This document shows positions 39,416 through 49,679 of a stretch of 64,000 nt of DNA, piece by piece (positions within the stretch are counted from its first letter, which is position 1; the number at the start of each line of letters is the position of its first letter). Made by a program: the position numbers and the translations under genes. The DNA comes from a plasmid. The notes under the pieces were generated by a model. It did not search any database, had not been told where the DNA came from, and saw nothing but the letters and a program-made list of their open reading frames with translations. The stretch lies in the sequence record NZ_CP033968.1; one strand, written 5' to 3'.

Positions 39416-40366
39416 ATGACAAAGACACTCCTCGTACTGGCACTGCTCTCCCTCACCTTTGGAGCCGCGCAAGCCAGGGAAGACGACGGTACACCGACTC
39501 GCTTCCTTGAACGGAAAGCGGAAGGGTGGTTCTGGTACCAAGATCCGAAGGATGAGATCCCTCCCGAGCCGCCGGCACAGCAGCCACCCGCTCCACCGAA
39601 GAAGCAGGATACCGCCCAACCAAAAAAGCCTGAGAAGGCTCAGGACGAGCCATTCTCTGTGGAATGGCTCCGCGCAAGCATGCCTAAGCTCCTCGACGCC
39701 GCGATCAATGATCCGACAAAAGAGAACGTCGAGGCGTACTTGTACGCGCAGCGGGTCGCCATGGACAAATCTCAGCGCTATGCGGAGATGACACAGCGAG
39801 TGGTCGCCGCCGATCCCTTCCTAGACGAGAACAACCGCGTACCGATTGCCGCTTACACCAAGGCGTTCTTCCTGCGGCAGCTTGGTCAAGGTACCTCCGA
39901 AGCGCTCAAGCACATTGCAAAGGTTGGCGGCCTTTGGGTCTTCTTTGACTCGAAATGTGAGTACTGCCGGCCCCAGGCCAATAGTGTCCAGGAGATCGGC
40001 AAGAAGTACGGATTCATCACCAAGTTCATCTCGATGGATGGCAGGCCATTGCCGAATGTTCCAACGTTCGTGAACGACAACGGCCACGCCAAGCTCCTAA
40101 ACCTCCGCCTGACGCCCACGACAGTTCTGGTGGTTCCGCCCAACAACTACTTCGTGGTCTCGCAGGGAATGATGGCTCAGGACCAGCTTGAACAGCGAAT
40201 CATCATCGCCGCTGAATCGAACAACCTGTTGCCACCCGACCTGGCCGCGAAGATCCGGACTTACGACCGCGGTGTTCTGTCCAACGAGGACATGAAGAAG
40301 GGCGCTGGCGATGACCCGAAAGCCTGGGTGAAGTATCTGAAAGACCGCCTTGACGGGCGCTACTAA
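39416..40366 (+). CDS. traF: F-type pilus assembly protein TraF (thioredoxin-like)
   Basis: Signal peptide and thioredoxin-like CEYC motif. Position before traH-traG. Confidence 0.6.
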   Translation: MTKTLLVLALLSLTFGAAQAREDDGTPTRFLERKAEGWFWYQDPKDEIPPEPPAQQPPAPPKKQDTAQPKKPEKAQDEPFSVEWLRASMPKLLDAAINDPTKENVEAYLYAQRVAMDKSQRYAEMTQRVVAADPFLDENNRVPIAAYTKAFFLRQLGQGTSEALKHIAKVGGLWVFFDSKCEYCRPQANSVQEIGKKYGFITKFISMDGRPLPNVPTFVNDNGHAKLLNLRLTPTTVLVVPPNNYFVVSQGMMAQDQLEQRIIIAAESNNLLPPDLAAKIRTYDRGVLSNEDMKKGAGDDPKAWVKYLKDRLDGRY

Positions 40367-41835
40367 TGCGGAGCACCACCATGAAACTGAATCTCAAGCG
40401 GATCGTCGTCACGCTATCGTTGATGACTTGGCTTCTCGGGCTCCCCGGTGCCGCGCATGCGGGGCTGCAAGACGCTCTTGACGGCATGTTTATGTCGAAC
40501 AGCACCACACCCTCATCGTTCACCAACCAGTCCCGAGGCGGCCTGGTCGGCGGCGGCGCATCGGTGCGCATGCCCATCCGGAACATCAACCTCATCGCGT
40601 TCGATCCTCCGCGCATCTCTGCCGGGTGTGGCGGCATCGACCTCTTTGGTGGTTCGTTCTCCTTCATCAACGCTGATCAGCTCGTTGCGCTGTTCCGCCA
40701 GATCGCCGCGAACGCCGTCGGCGTCGCATTCAAGGCCGCGATCGATGCGATCAACCCGGCCCTGGGCAAGCTGATGCAGGACTTCCAGAACAAGATCGCG
40801 GCCCTGAACTCGATGATGAAAAATACGTGCTCGCTGGCCACCACGATTATGGACAAGTCCGGCGCCAGTGATGCGATCCGTAGTTTTGTCGGTCAGAAGA
40901 TTGCCCCCGAAGTGGAGACTGCCTCTGGCGCGATCACTGACTTCTTTGCGGGAATCAACAGCTTTCTGCCGGAACCGAACTCCGGCACGCGAGCAGCTGC
41001 GGCCAGCGGCAAAGCTCCTGAACTGGGGAACATGACATGGAAGGCGTTGAAATCGAGCAAGGCCGGAGAAATGCTCGGGAATCCTTCGACAGCCGAAACT
41101 AATCCGGACGGTGCGAATGAGATCGTCATGAGTCTCGTGGGTGCGGTGGTCGTTGGACCAGAAAACGACTCAGACCAGACGAACCCGGACGGCAGCGTGC
41201 AAGTCGACAACGGTCGCTACTGGTCGCCGACTCTGCGTCTCCCCGACCTGCGCGACGGCAATATGGGCGGTGAGAAGCCTGTCTACGTCCTTCGCTGCCA
41301 AGATGGCTATGACGAAGGCAGCTGCCGGAGGATTTCCCGGGCTTCGATCAACTTCAGCGGCGTCCGTGGCTACGTCTATACGATGCTTCTTGGAGATGCT
41401 ACGGGTGCGACCACCACGGCAGATTCGATCGTCGGAAAGCTGATCTTCTGCTCTGGCAATGCCTGCAACTTCACCAGCCAGCAGAAGACGTTCATCGGCC
41501 TCGTGAGTGCACCGGTGCTTGGGATGATGAAGAAGGTTCAAGCAATGCCGGGCGCCGCGGATCACATCGCAAGGCAGATGGCTCCCGTCATCATCAACGA
41601 GATCACCATCAAGTTTGCCGAGTCCGCGCTTGTTGCTGCTCAGGCGGCCTTCGGTGGGACCAAGTACACGGCCGATGAGCGCGTATTGAAGGCGCAGAGC
41701 GACCTGCTGCACGAGGTGATTGACATGCGTCGTGCCGCAACCGAACAACTGCCTGCCATCAATGAGGCAATTGCCTACACGAAAGCCATCAACCAGGACA
41801 ATCCGGCCGTCTTCGTGAAGCCGGAAATCCGATAA
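40366..41835 (+). CDS. traH: F-type pilus assembly protein TraH
   Basis: Strong similarity to F TraH around AGCGGIDLFGGSFSFINADQL. Confidence 0.85.
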   Translation: MRSTTMKLNLKRIVVTLSLMTWLLGLPGAAHAGLQDALDGMFMSNSTTPSSFTNQSRGGLVGGGASVRMPIRNINLIAFDPPRISAGCGGIDLFGGSFSFINADQLVALFRQIAANAVGVAFKAAIDAINPALGKLMQDFQNKIAALNSMMKNTCSLATTIMDKSGASDAIRSFVGQKIAPEVETASGAITDFFAGINSFLPEPNSGTRAAAASGKAPELGNMTWKALKSSKAGEMLGNPSTAETNPDGANEIVMSLVGAVVVGPENDSDQTNPDGSVQVDNGRYWSPTLRLPDLRDGNMGGEKPVYVLRCQDGYDEGSCRRISRASINFSGVRGYVYTMLLGDATGATTTADSIVGKLIFCSGNACNFTSQQKTFIGLVSAPVLGMMKKVQAMPGAADHIARQMAPVIINEITIKFAESALVAAQAAFGGTKYTADERVLKAQSDLLHEVIDMRRAATEQLPAINEAIAYTKAINQDNPAVFVKPEIR

Positions 41836-41844
41836 GGGACTGCT

Positions 41845-44800
41845 ATGCTCGACTTCAATATTTACGTCGTCGGCGACCCGAGCTCGTTCTATGCCGCACT
41901 GAACGCGGTGGCCATGATCTTCAACCAGCAGGGCTTCCTGAACAGCACGTTTCTGGTTGGCGGGCTTGTGGCACTGATCTCCGGCATCCTGTACATGATC
42001 GGCAAGCAGAGCGATGGGCCAGTCCCCGGCGCCATGGGGCCGGTCAGCGCGTTGTTTGGCTTCTTTGCCGTGGTCTGGACCACCACCATACCTACCTCCG
42101 TGCTGGTCAATGACATCTACACAGGAAACGTGGCGAGGGTCGACAATGTGCCGATGATCCTCTCGCTGCCCGCAAGCGCCTTCACAACGGCAAGTCACAA
42201 GCTCTTCCAACTGTCCAATACCGCCTTTCAAAGCGTGAACGGTAGCTATATGGCGGTCACATCGGATGGATTTGTGACGCCGCTCAAGCTCCTGTACTCA
42301 TTGCGCAGGGGCTTTGACAATGCTGACGTGTTCTTGTCTGCCAGCATTCGGACATTCATCCTGGACTGCACGCCGAACGCGACCTCGTTCTCAATGGACG
42401 CGATGAAATCAAGCGCCAACTCGCTGAACTACATCCTGACCCATGCGCGCGACAACGGCATCACTACTTACTGGAACACTGCGAATCCGCAAGGCCAGTC
42501 CCTCTCCTGCAACGAGTCTGCAGCACTTATCTCGCAGGACGCCAACGTCCGGTTCCTCAATGGGACCAACCGCGGCCTCAAGGAGCTGATCAACAAGAAC
42601 ATGAAGGAGAAGAGCCCCACGGGCAACGCGTGGGGCCAAAGCGATGTCGAGGACGTGTTGCAGAACGTGCTACCTGGCGGGTGGAAGACGGCAACGGACA
42701 CACTAGGCATGGCCCAGAGTTCGCGCGACTTCATGATCAACGCTCTGACGTACAACACGATCGCGAACACTTTCAACTGCATGTCGAGCAACACTGATCA
42801 GGGAAGTTTCAATCAGTGCAATGTTCAGTTGACCCAGGCGTTCGAGCAGAGCCGAACTGACTCTGCAGCCGCCGGCTCGTTCTTCTCCAAGACCATGATG
42901 CCGGCGATGGTGTTCATGCAGCTGATGTTCTTCAGCTTCGCGCCATTGGTCATCATCTACGGCGTAATGAAGGGCGGCGGCGCACTTGGCATGTACATCA
43001 AGTACCTCCTGTTCGGAATCTGGACGTCGAGCTGGCTGCCGTTCTCGGCAGTGATCCAGATGTATATCCAGAACGACGTTGCCGAGAAGCTGTCCCAGAT
43101 TGATTCCGGGATGCTGACTCTTTCAAACTTCCCGGCTATCTACTACGACATCCTGGCCACTCGACTGTCGGTGGCGTCTGACATGCTTGCGGCGACGCCA
43201 CTGGTTTCGCTCGCCATGCTGACGGGCACAGCTATGTCAATGGCTTCACTGGCTGGACGGTGGTCAGGTCGCGACCATGTTGACGAGAAGCAGACAAGTC
43301 CTGACATCGTGCGTAATGGGCCCATCACAGACGTCGGCGCAGCCACTCAATCTAGTGCAGCGATCACCGGGAATCCGCTGTCTGGAATGACACGCGCAGA
43401 TGCTGCTCTTCGCGCTCACAGCGCAGGCCAGATGCTGGACAACAACGTTTCCAGTGCTCGTGCGGACGTGCAATCGACTAAGGCCGAAGCGGCAGCATCG
43501 TTCGAGAAGATGATGAGCTATATGAAGGCTCATTCGAGCGGCTTTAAGTCCAGCGAATCCGATATCACAGCGATGAGTAAGGACTATGGAAGTCGTGCCT
43601 CCAAGGTGCAGGAGGCCGCCGAGAGCGCGATGGATTCGCATAAGTTCTCGGCAGAGGAGAAATCAGCATTCCAAGCTGCGATCACCGCAAGCGCCGGATT
43701 CAAGAGCCCATTTGGCGGCGTAGAGGCATCGGCACAAGCCGCAGCGACTGCCACGAAAGGTCGAGTCAGCGCCCAGGATTTCTCAAAGACGATGACGCAA
43801 AGGGTGAATACTGACCAGTCCTGGACCGACAGCATTACCAATCGTGCCCAGAATTCCATGGATCGGTACTCTGGCGAGGACACGAAGACCGCGCAGGGCC
43901 TCTCAGCGTCCCTTCGTCAGTCTACTGCTCGCGTCCAGTCCGCAGAGCAGCGCTACCAGGAAGCAGTAAGCATGAAGACATCGATGGATACGAGCTTCTC
44001 GGTCCGTGACCAGGAGCTTGGTCCGATGACTATGGCGAATCCCGCCGTCCAAAACGAGCTTCAAAAGATGAACGACAGCGCGATGCCGAACGTCCCCGGC
44101 TACCAGGCGAAGCTTGCCCAGCATCAGAATCGCGTCCAGAGGGCCGGCAACATCAGCGGAGCAGGATATGTCGCGATATTCAACGCTCTAGTGGACACGA
44201 ATCAGTTCCAGGCGGCATCCAAGATCATGTCGATGCTTAGCGGTATAAACGGGCCAACCAATTTCTCCCCTAACGCCAACCAGGGAGTAGCCCCGGCTGC
44301 GGCGGCTGTTGCTTCCGATCCGGCTGCGGGTAACTTGTCACTCAAGGACCCTCATGTGCTGCAACAGGGCGGTGCCGGTGCAGGCCATGCCCCGGACGCG
44401 TCTGGCCGCGCCACCGCGGCATCCGGCCCGAGCACGACGGCCATTCACGGTGGCACCCCTCCTCGGAACCCCGGCAATGGAGCCGCTGCCGGCAGCGGGC
44501 CAGCTGCACCTGCGTCAGGCCCGGGAGACCTCCAAGCGCGGTTGGATCGCCTCACGAACAACTCGCTCCCGAACTTTGAAGCGGACAAGCAGAAGATTGC
44601 AGACGGCACCGCCGGAGTCGGCCAAGGAATTGCCGACCAGAAGGAAGCAGTGCAATCGGCCTCGGCTGTGATCTCGCCCGAGCAGGTGCGAGACACGTTC
44701 CATCGTGAAGTGGGTACCGTGAAGAGCGGTTTCGCGGGAGCAGGTATGGCGTGGGGTGACTTTGAGAAGGCCCACCCCTATATGGCCGCCGGCATCGAAG

Positions 44801-45345
44801 CCGGTGTCACCATGCTACCCGTGATGCGCGCCGCCGGCGGACTCAAGAAGCTTTACGACGTCTCTGCAGCCGCAAAGAAGGGGTGGCAAGGCGTTCAAGC
44901 AGCGAAGGCCGGTGTCTCGACTGCCGCGAAGGAGATGGCAAGATTGGAGAGCGCTTTCAAGTCTCCGAACGGCGCATTGCTCGGTGGCAAGAAGGCCCTT
45001 GATGCTCGACAAGTTGCGAACCTTGGCTTCAAGAGCACTGACGACTTCCTGGAGGCCTATGGGAAGGCCGGCGCCAATGTCATCAAAGCTGAGAAGGATC
45101 TTCTGCGTTCGGCCGAGACATACTCCCAGAAGTTTGGCGCATCGGTTGGTAAGGATGGGCTTCCGGGCGACGCTACTTTCGGGTTCGTCGCGCAGAACGC
45201 TACACGGCAGGCCGTGGCCACCGGGAAAGCGGCAGGCGGTGCTGGTCTCCTCGAGCTCTCAAAGTACGAGGCGAACATCCACCGGCAAGAGGTCATGCAT
45301 AACCAGGAGATGGAGGACCTGCGCCGAGGCGTGCGTGGTCGATAG
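41845..45345 (+). CDS. traG: F-type mating-pair stabilisation protein TraG
   Basis: 1166 aa. N-terminal polytopic membrane domain and a long Ala/Gln/Ser-rich C-terminal domain. Follows traH as in F. Confidence 0.8.
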   Translation: MLDFNIYVVGDPSSFYAALNAVAMIFNQQGFLNSTFLVGGLVALISGILYMIGKQSDGPVPGAMGPVSALFGFFAVVWTTTIPTSVLVNDIYTGNVARVDNVPMILSLPASAFTTASHKLFQLSNTAFQSVNGSYMAVTSDGFVTPLKLLYSLRRGFDNADVFLSASIRTFILDCTPNATSFSMDAMKSSANSLNYILTHARDNGITTYWNTANPQGQSLSCNESAALISQDANVRFLNGTNRGLKELINKNMKEKSPTGNAWGQSDVEDVLQNVLPGGWKTATDTLGMAQSSRDFMINALTYNTIANTFNCMSSNTDQGSFNQCNVQLTQAFEQSRTDSAAAGSFFSKTMMPAMVFMQLMFFSFAPLVIIYGVMKGGGALGMYIKYLLFGIWTSSWLPFSAVIQMYIQNDVAEKLSQIDSGMLTLSNFPAIYYDILATRLSVASDMLAATPLVSLAMLTGTAMSMASLAGRWSGRDHVDEKQTSPDIVRNGPITDVGAATQSSAAITGNPLSGMTRADAALRAHSAGQMLDNNVSSARADVQSTKAEAAASFEKMMSYMKAHSSGFKSSESDITAMSKDYGSRASKVQEAAESAMDSHKFSAEEKSAFQAAITASAGFKSPFGGVEASAQAAATATKGRVSAQDFSKTMTQRVNTDQSWTDSITNRAQNSMDRYSGEDTKTAQGLSASLRQSTARVQSAEQRYQEAVSMKTSMDTSFSVRDQELGPMTMANPAVQNELQKMNDSAMPNVPGYQAKLAQHQNRVQRAGNISGAGYVAIFNALVDTNQFQAASKIMSMLSGINGPTNFSPNANQGVAPAAAAVASDPAAGNLSLKDPHVLQQGGAGAGHAPDASGRATAASGPSTTAIHGGTPPRNPGNGAAAGSGPAAPASGPGDLQARLDRLTNNSLPNFEADKQKIADGTAGVGQGIADQKEAVQSASAVISPEQVRDTFHREVGTVKSGFAGAGMAWGDFEKAHPYMAAGIEAGVTMLPVMRAAGGLKKLYDVSAAAKKGWQGVQAAKAGVSTAAKEMARLESAFKSPNGALLGGKKALDARQVANLGFKSTDDFLEAYGKAGANVIKAEKDLLRSAETYSQKFGASVGKDGLPGDATFGFVAQNATRQAVATGKAAGGAGLLELSKYEANIHRQEVMHNQEMEDLRRGVRGR

Positions 45346-45375
45346 ACCCCTGTACGTCACTGAAGGATTGGAAAC

Positions 45376-45401
45376 AGCCCCGGAATCCGGGGCTTTTCTT
45401 T
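45376..45401 (+). terminator. rho-independent terminator
   Basis: AGCCCCGG-aat-CCGGGGCT hairpin followed by TTTCTTT. Confidence 0.6.
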
Positions 45402-45463
45402 GAGCAACCGATAGTCAGATGGATCTGGGATTGGCGGGTATGGACGACGAGATAAGGGGCCTA

Positions 45464-45691
45464 ATGAAGATCAAGCGGATTGGCCTCTCCGATCGCGGCG
45501 TGCTCGCGATCCAGGCCGCCTTGATTGCGCGGCAGAAACGCATTGCAGAGGGAAGTGAATGGCCCGCCGAGACATTTGCCGATCAACTGACAGGGTTCTT
45601 GGTCGCGGAGCGCCTGGTGCCGGTTCATGTAGCGCCGGATGATCTCAGGAGAGAGATCGCAAACCGTACTGGCGGGGGTGGTGCCTATTGA
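45464..45691 (+). CDS. possible small hypothetical protein
   Basis: Short ORF after the traG terminator. Weak support. Confidence 0.2.
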   Translation: MKIKRIGLSDRGVLAIQAALIARQKRIAEGSEWPAETFADQLTGFLVAERLVPVHVAPDDLRREIANRTGGGGAY

Positions 45692-45788
45692 GACTGTTCA
45701 GGCCCAGCAATCAAATCATGGGAAGTTGAAGCATCAGGATCTGGGCTGGCGAGCAGCTACCATCGGCGCCGCTCGCCAAGGCCAGTGT

Positions 45789-46421
45789 TCAGCCGGTCAT
45801 GGCCTTCGAGACCATGCCATTTGCAAGCTTGAAGAAGAGCTCCTGGTCGCCGTTCGTGCTGTCGGGCGTGATGACATAGCGACCACCGATCGCAATAGAC
45901 GGCGTCGCATCGATCCGGTACCGGATGAGCTTGTTGAATGCGGCCTGGACTGTAGCGGGGTTCACGTTCTTCCATGCAGCATCAAACCCCTGCAAATGGG
46001 AGGACGAGGCAATGAAGCTCCAAGTCTTGCCGTCACTCACCGGCATACCGCGGTCCTGAATAGCGGAGTAGGCGTAGCTCAAGAACGCAGGAAGGTACGT
46101 GGCATTCAAAGCCTTGGCCGCATAGAAGGCCCTCGCAGCGATGACGGTGTCACGATGTGCCTCGACAACCGGCACAAACTCCGCACTCCAGCCCTTAGGT
46201 AGCGACAGTGCCCACTTCGCAATCTGCTCGTGGTACGCGGCGCAAACAGGGCAAGTCAGAGAGATGAAGATCAGGACCTTCTTACTGTCCTCCGCTTCCC
46301 GCGGGACTTCCCTATAGGGCAGCTGCGGTGCCGACGTCCCCTGTGACGACTCCTGTGCCAGCGTCGTCAGCGGCAGGCCGAACAACGCGACGGCCATTGA
46401 AGAAAAGGAGCGACGGTTCAT
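45789..46421 (-). CDS. DsbA-like thiol:disulfide oxidoreductase
   Basis: Signal peptide and CPVC thioredoxin motif. RBS GAGGAAG. The start overlaps the upstream ATPase ORF by ~110 nt. Confidence 0.65.
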   Translation of the reverse strand: MNRRSFSSMAVALFGLPLTTLAQESSQGTSAPQLPYREVPREAEDSKKVLIFISLTCPVCAAYHEQIAKWALSLPKGWSAEFVPVVEAHRDTVIAARAFYAAKALNATYLPAFLSYAYSAIQDRGMPVSDGKTWSFIASSSHLQGFDAAWKNVNPATVQAAFNKLIRYRIDATPSIAIGGRYVITPDSTNGDQELFFKLANGMVSKAMTG

Positions 46422-47958
46422 TGAAATCTTCCTCTGTAAGGTGCTTGTGTTCAATATATAGGTCAAAGAGTGAGCAACTGGTCCGCTCTTGGCGCCATCG
46501 CGTCTCCATCTCTTTCGCCAGATCTGCCGACACCTTGCCGGTGGTGATGAAGTACCGGACCAATTCCGGAGCGCCCTGGGTGTAACCAACTGCCCGGATC
46601 ACCTCCCGTGCGGTACAGATCCCTTCTTCGACGAGGATCTGTCCGAGCCGCCGAACCTTGCCACCCTTACGGAGCTCGATCTGCCGTACGGCCGCTGCAT
46701 ACGCCTCCTCAGGCGTGATATATCCGAGCTCCACGAGAACTTGACCGACGCGCTTCGTCTCAGGCGCCAACGCTTCGGCCCGATCAAGCTGCATGGCCTT
46801 CTCGATGGAGGTCAAACCGGCTGCGGCCATGCGCGTCACGGCTTGCGCCATGGTTTCGAACTGCGATTGGCGCATGGCTGCATTGAAAACCGCCATCTCC
46901 CCGCTCATCGCGAGCATTGCCGCTCGCACCGCAGCATCGGCCCGAATCAACTCCATAACCGGCATCCGGCCCTCATAGTCGGTCTCCTGTACGCCTGCGG
47001 GGAATTTGAGACCGGCGTGATGGATACCGGCAACCTCCATCCAGTCCACTTCGGCTTCGGTCGGAGCTCGGGTCCCTCTCTCCGGATCTGGCAGCAGAAT
47101 TTCCACGAGCCGTTGGGAGAGGACACCGCGGAGAGCATCGGCCAGCGTCTGAACGTCCACACCCATATCGAGTAGACGTGTGATCGCCATCGCCGAGTTA
47201 TTCGCGTGAACGGTAGCAACCACCAGGTGCCCGGTGTTTGCTGCCTGGATGGCAATCATCGCGGTCTCGACGTCGCGAATCTCACCAACCAGAATGACGT
47301 GCGGGGCTTGGCGGAGTGCTGCACGCAACCCCTCGGCAAACGAGATGTGCTGATTGATGTTGACCTGTGTGAGCCCAGGGAGGACCTTCTCGACGGGCTG
47401 CTCGAGCGTCAGGATGTTCCGCTTCCCATTGTTGAGATGCTGAAGTCCGGCATACAGAGTTGTGCTCTTCCCCGACCCCGTGGGGCCACAGACGAGAAAA
47501 AGCCCATTCGGCTCTTGCAGGATGTCCTGTAAGCAAGACCGTGCCATCGGCGTCATCTCAATCTCGTCGAGACTCGCAACGGAGGCAGTATTGTCCATCA
47601 GGCGACAAACGATCTTTTGTCCGGTCAGTGTCGGCAGGATCGACACCCGAACATCAACCGCCCGGTCAGGAAACTTGAGTCTTAGACGCCCATCCAGTGG
47701 CTTATGACGATCCGAGGCGGCAATGTTGGCACGCGCCCGGAGCTTCTCGTCGAGTTGCTTAGCGAGGTTGTGATCAATGTGGTCGACCCAGTGCAGCGAA
47801 CCAGAGATGCCATACTGAATTGTGGTGCCCTCTGCTTCGTACAACATGTGAACGTCGGCAGCACGTCTTACTGCGGCCCTGGAGAACATGTCGTTCAGGT
47901 ATTCCGCCGCCGCACGATCATGCGTCCCGGTATTGAAGAATAGGTCTGGTTCTCTCAT
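46312..47958 (-). CDS. GspE/PilB-family secretion ATPase with C-terminal MshEN-like repeats
   Basis: Walker A GPTGSGKST and Asp/His boxes. Two C-terminal 24-aa RxGQxLVExG... motifs resembling the T2SSE_N/MshEN module. No tetracysteine zinc motif. Confidence 0.75.
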   Translation of the reverse strand: MREPDLFFNTGTHDRAAAEYLNDMFSRAAVRRAADVHMLYEAEGTTIQYGISGSLHWVDHIDHNLAKQLDEKLRARANIAASDRHKPLDGRLRLKFPDRAVDVRVSILPTLTGQKIVCRLMDNTASVASLDEIEMTPMARSCLQDILQEPNGLFLVCGPTGSGKSTTLYAGLQHLNNGKRNILTLEQPVEKVLPGLTQVNINQHISFAEGLRAALRQAPHVILVGEIRDVETAMIAIQAANTGHLVVATVHANNSAMAITRLLDMGVDVQTLADALRGVLSQRLVEILLPDPERGTRAPTEAEVDWMEVAGIHHAGLKFPAGVQETDYEGRMPVMELIRADAAVRAAMLAMSGEMAVFNAAMRQSQFETMAQAVTRMAAAGLTSIEKAMQLDRAEALAPETKRVGQVLVELGYITPEEAYAAAVRQIELRKGGKVRRLGQILVEEGICTAREVIRAVGYTQGAPELVRYFITTGKVSADLAKEMETRWRQERTSCSLFDLYIEHKHLTEEDFNEPSLLFFNGRRVVRPAADDAGTGVVTGDVGTAAAL

Positions 47959-47963
47959 TGTGA

Positions 47964-48230
47964 TTACTTCCCGCAGTCGAGTGTCGGGCCGTAGAACAGC
48001 CGGCCAAGGAATCTCTGGGTTGTGTTGTCCGCCGTGATACTCCAACTGATCAAACGCAGCCGGCTATCCTGGCTCAGAAAGTTCTGCCCGCCCCAGCGCA
48101 CCGCATCGAATGCGATCCGCACCGGCCCGGCCGAGCGGTAGACGCGCTCGCACGGTTCCGGCGCGATCGCTGAGTACACCACCCAGCCCACGACCATCGC
48201 AGCAAAGGCGCCGCCAAACATCTGCTTCAT
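47964..48230 (-). CDS. small membrane protein
   Basis: Short hydrophobic ORF between the transglycosylase and the ATPase. ATGA overlap with the upstream gene. Confidence 0.3.
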   Translation of the reverse strand: MKQMFGGAFAAMVVGWVVYSAIAPEPCERVYRSAGPVRIAFDAVRWGGQNFLSQDSRLRLISWSITADNTTQRFLGRLFYGPTLDCGK

Positions 48231-48661
48231 CGATTTACTCCGTGCAAGTTCTTCCACACCTTATTGATGTAGCGTATCTGGGCATCGTCGTCCTTGGAGT
48301 ACTTGCCCGTGTTGTACGCGCCAACTGCCTTCCAGGTCCTGCCGTACTTGTACATCCCGTCAGCGAGCACCCAGGCGCCTACGTTCACGTTCACGCATGG
48401 CTCAAGCAGCCTTTCCCGATCGATCCCGAACTTCTTCAGTTCTGGCAGCCAGATCGAGCTGACCATCATGAGGCCCATGAACTCCCAACCCTCCTTGCTT
48501 GTTCGAACCAGATTGGGGTCGAACGAGGCGTTCTCCGTCTTTGCAATAGCGCGCAGCAATGACTCATCGACGGAGTACCGCTTAGCCGCCTCCTTGAAGC
48601 AATACCCCCAGCTTTGCAGGCTCACGGAGGCCAGGATGGCGAAGGCCAGTAGCTTTTTCAT
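48227..48661 (-). CDS. lytic transglycosylase (SLT domain, VirB1/P19-like)
   Basis: Signal peptide and an SLT-type block around ESLLRAIAKTENASFDPN. Confidence 0.7.
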   Translation of the reverse strand: MKKLLAFAILASVSLQSWGYCFKEAAKRYSVDESLLRAIAKTENASFDPNLVRTSKEGWEFMGLMMVSSIWLPELKKFGIDRERLLEPCVNVNVGAWVLADGMYKYGRTWKAVGAYNTGKYSKDDDAQIRYINKVWKNLHGVNR

Positions 48662-48707
48662 GGCTCGAATCATACAATACACGTATCAATACGCCAATAG
48701 TATCCCA

Positions 48708-49679
48708 ATGCGAAATCTCGTGCTTTGCGCGCTAACTGCCGCTATGTGGGGCGCATTCGCCACCGCGGCACATGCTTCGGACATTCCCACCGGTAAGCCG
48801 GGGCAGGAGGAAGCCACTCCGCGCGTGGCAGGGGGCGCCAAGCCGTCATCCCTTCCGAGTGACACTGCCTCCATTGACATCACCGCGAAGCTCGACGATC
48901 TCCTCGCTACGGCGAAAGAGACGAGTGAAGTGATGCGTCTCTATGCCAGCTGGCAAGCTGGTAATCGCGAGGCGGTGCCTGAGATATTTGCATTAGCCAA
49001 AAATGGCAACGCCCGCGCACAGAACCTCGCGGGGTTCATGCTCGACAATGGGCAGGGTGTGAAGCAGGATTCCAAGGCCGCAGCAGCATACTTCCAACGG
49101 TCCGCGGAGAGCGTTCCGCTGGCCAAGTACAACCTCGGGGTGCTGACGTACTACGGAAGGGGTGTAAGAAAAGACGAGGCAAGGGCAATGGAGCTCTTCA
49201 AGGGCTCCGCAATTAAGGCCGGCGTCGAACAGGCGAGTGTTCAGCTCGCCATCTACTACCTGAAGAACAAGAACGAGGACGAAGCGTATAAGTGGGCGAA
49301 TGAAGGGGCGAACCGCGGCAACGTCAAGGCCTTCTACCTGCTCGGTAGGATTCTGTACCAGCGGGGCCAGTACCAGTCCGCCGCCTCGTGGATACAGAAG
49401 GCCGCTAATGCATCCGAACCGAATGCGCCAGCAATCCTGTCGCTCATGTACCGCGACGGGAAGGGAGTAGGGCAGAGCAAGATGATGTCCGCGGCCTGGT
49501 GGATGATCTATGGCGCCCTGAATCGGCGCCAGACTGGAGGCAGCCTTGTTTCCTCCTCCTCATTCGACCTGGATGAAACGGAACAACGGCAGGCGCTAGG
49601 CTTTGCAAACAACTGGTTGGCTACGCATGGCGCAGACAAGCGTATCAGCTATCAAAAGACACTTTTGCAGACAAACTAG
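48708..49679 (+). CDS. Sel1-repeat (TPR-like) secreted protein
   Basis: Signal peptide and about six ~36-aa Sel1-like repeats (e.g. AQNLAGFMLDNGQGVKQDSKAAAAYFQRSAE). Confidence 0.7.
   Translation: MRNLVLCALTAAMWGAFATAAHASDIPTGKPGQEEATPRVAGGAKPSSLPSDTASIDITAKLDDLLATAKETSEVMRLYASWQAGNREAVPEIFALAKNGNARAQNLAGFMLDNGQGVKQDSKAAAAYFQRSAESVPLAKYNLGVLTYYGRGVRKDEARAMELFKGSAIKAGVEQASVQLAIYYLKNKNEDEAYKWANEGANRGNVKAFYLLGRILYQRGQYQSAASWIQKAANASEPNAPAILSLMYRDGKGVGQSKMMSAAWWMIYGALNRRQTGGSLVSSSSFDLDETEQRQALGFANNWLATHGADKRISYQKTLLQTN

Noticed and set aside
41170-42231. 353-aa minus-strand ORF spanning the traH/traG junction.
   Set aside because: Antisense to traH/traG. His/Asp/Gly-rich with no motif.
45639-46202. 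187-aa plus-strand ORF.
   Set aside because: Overlaps the better-supported DsbA-like gene on the opposite strand (CPVC motif, signal peptide, RBS).
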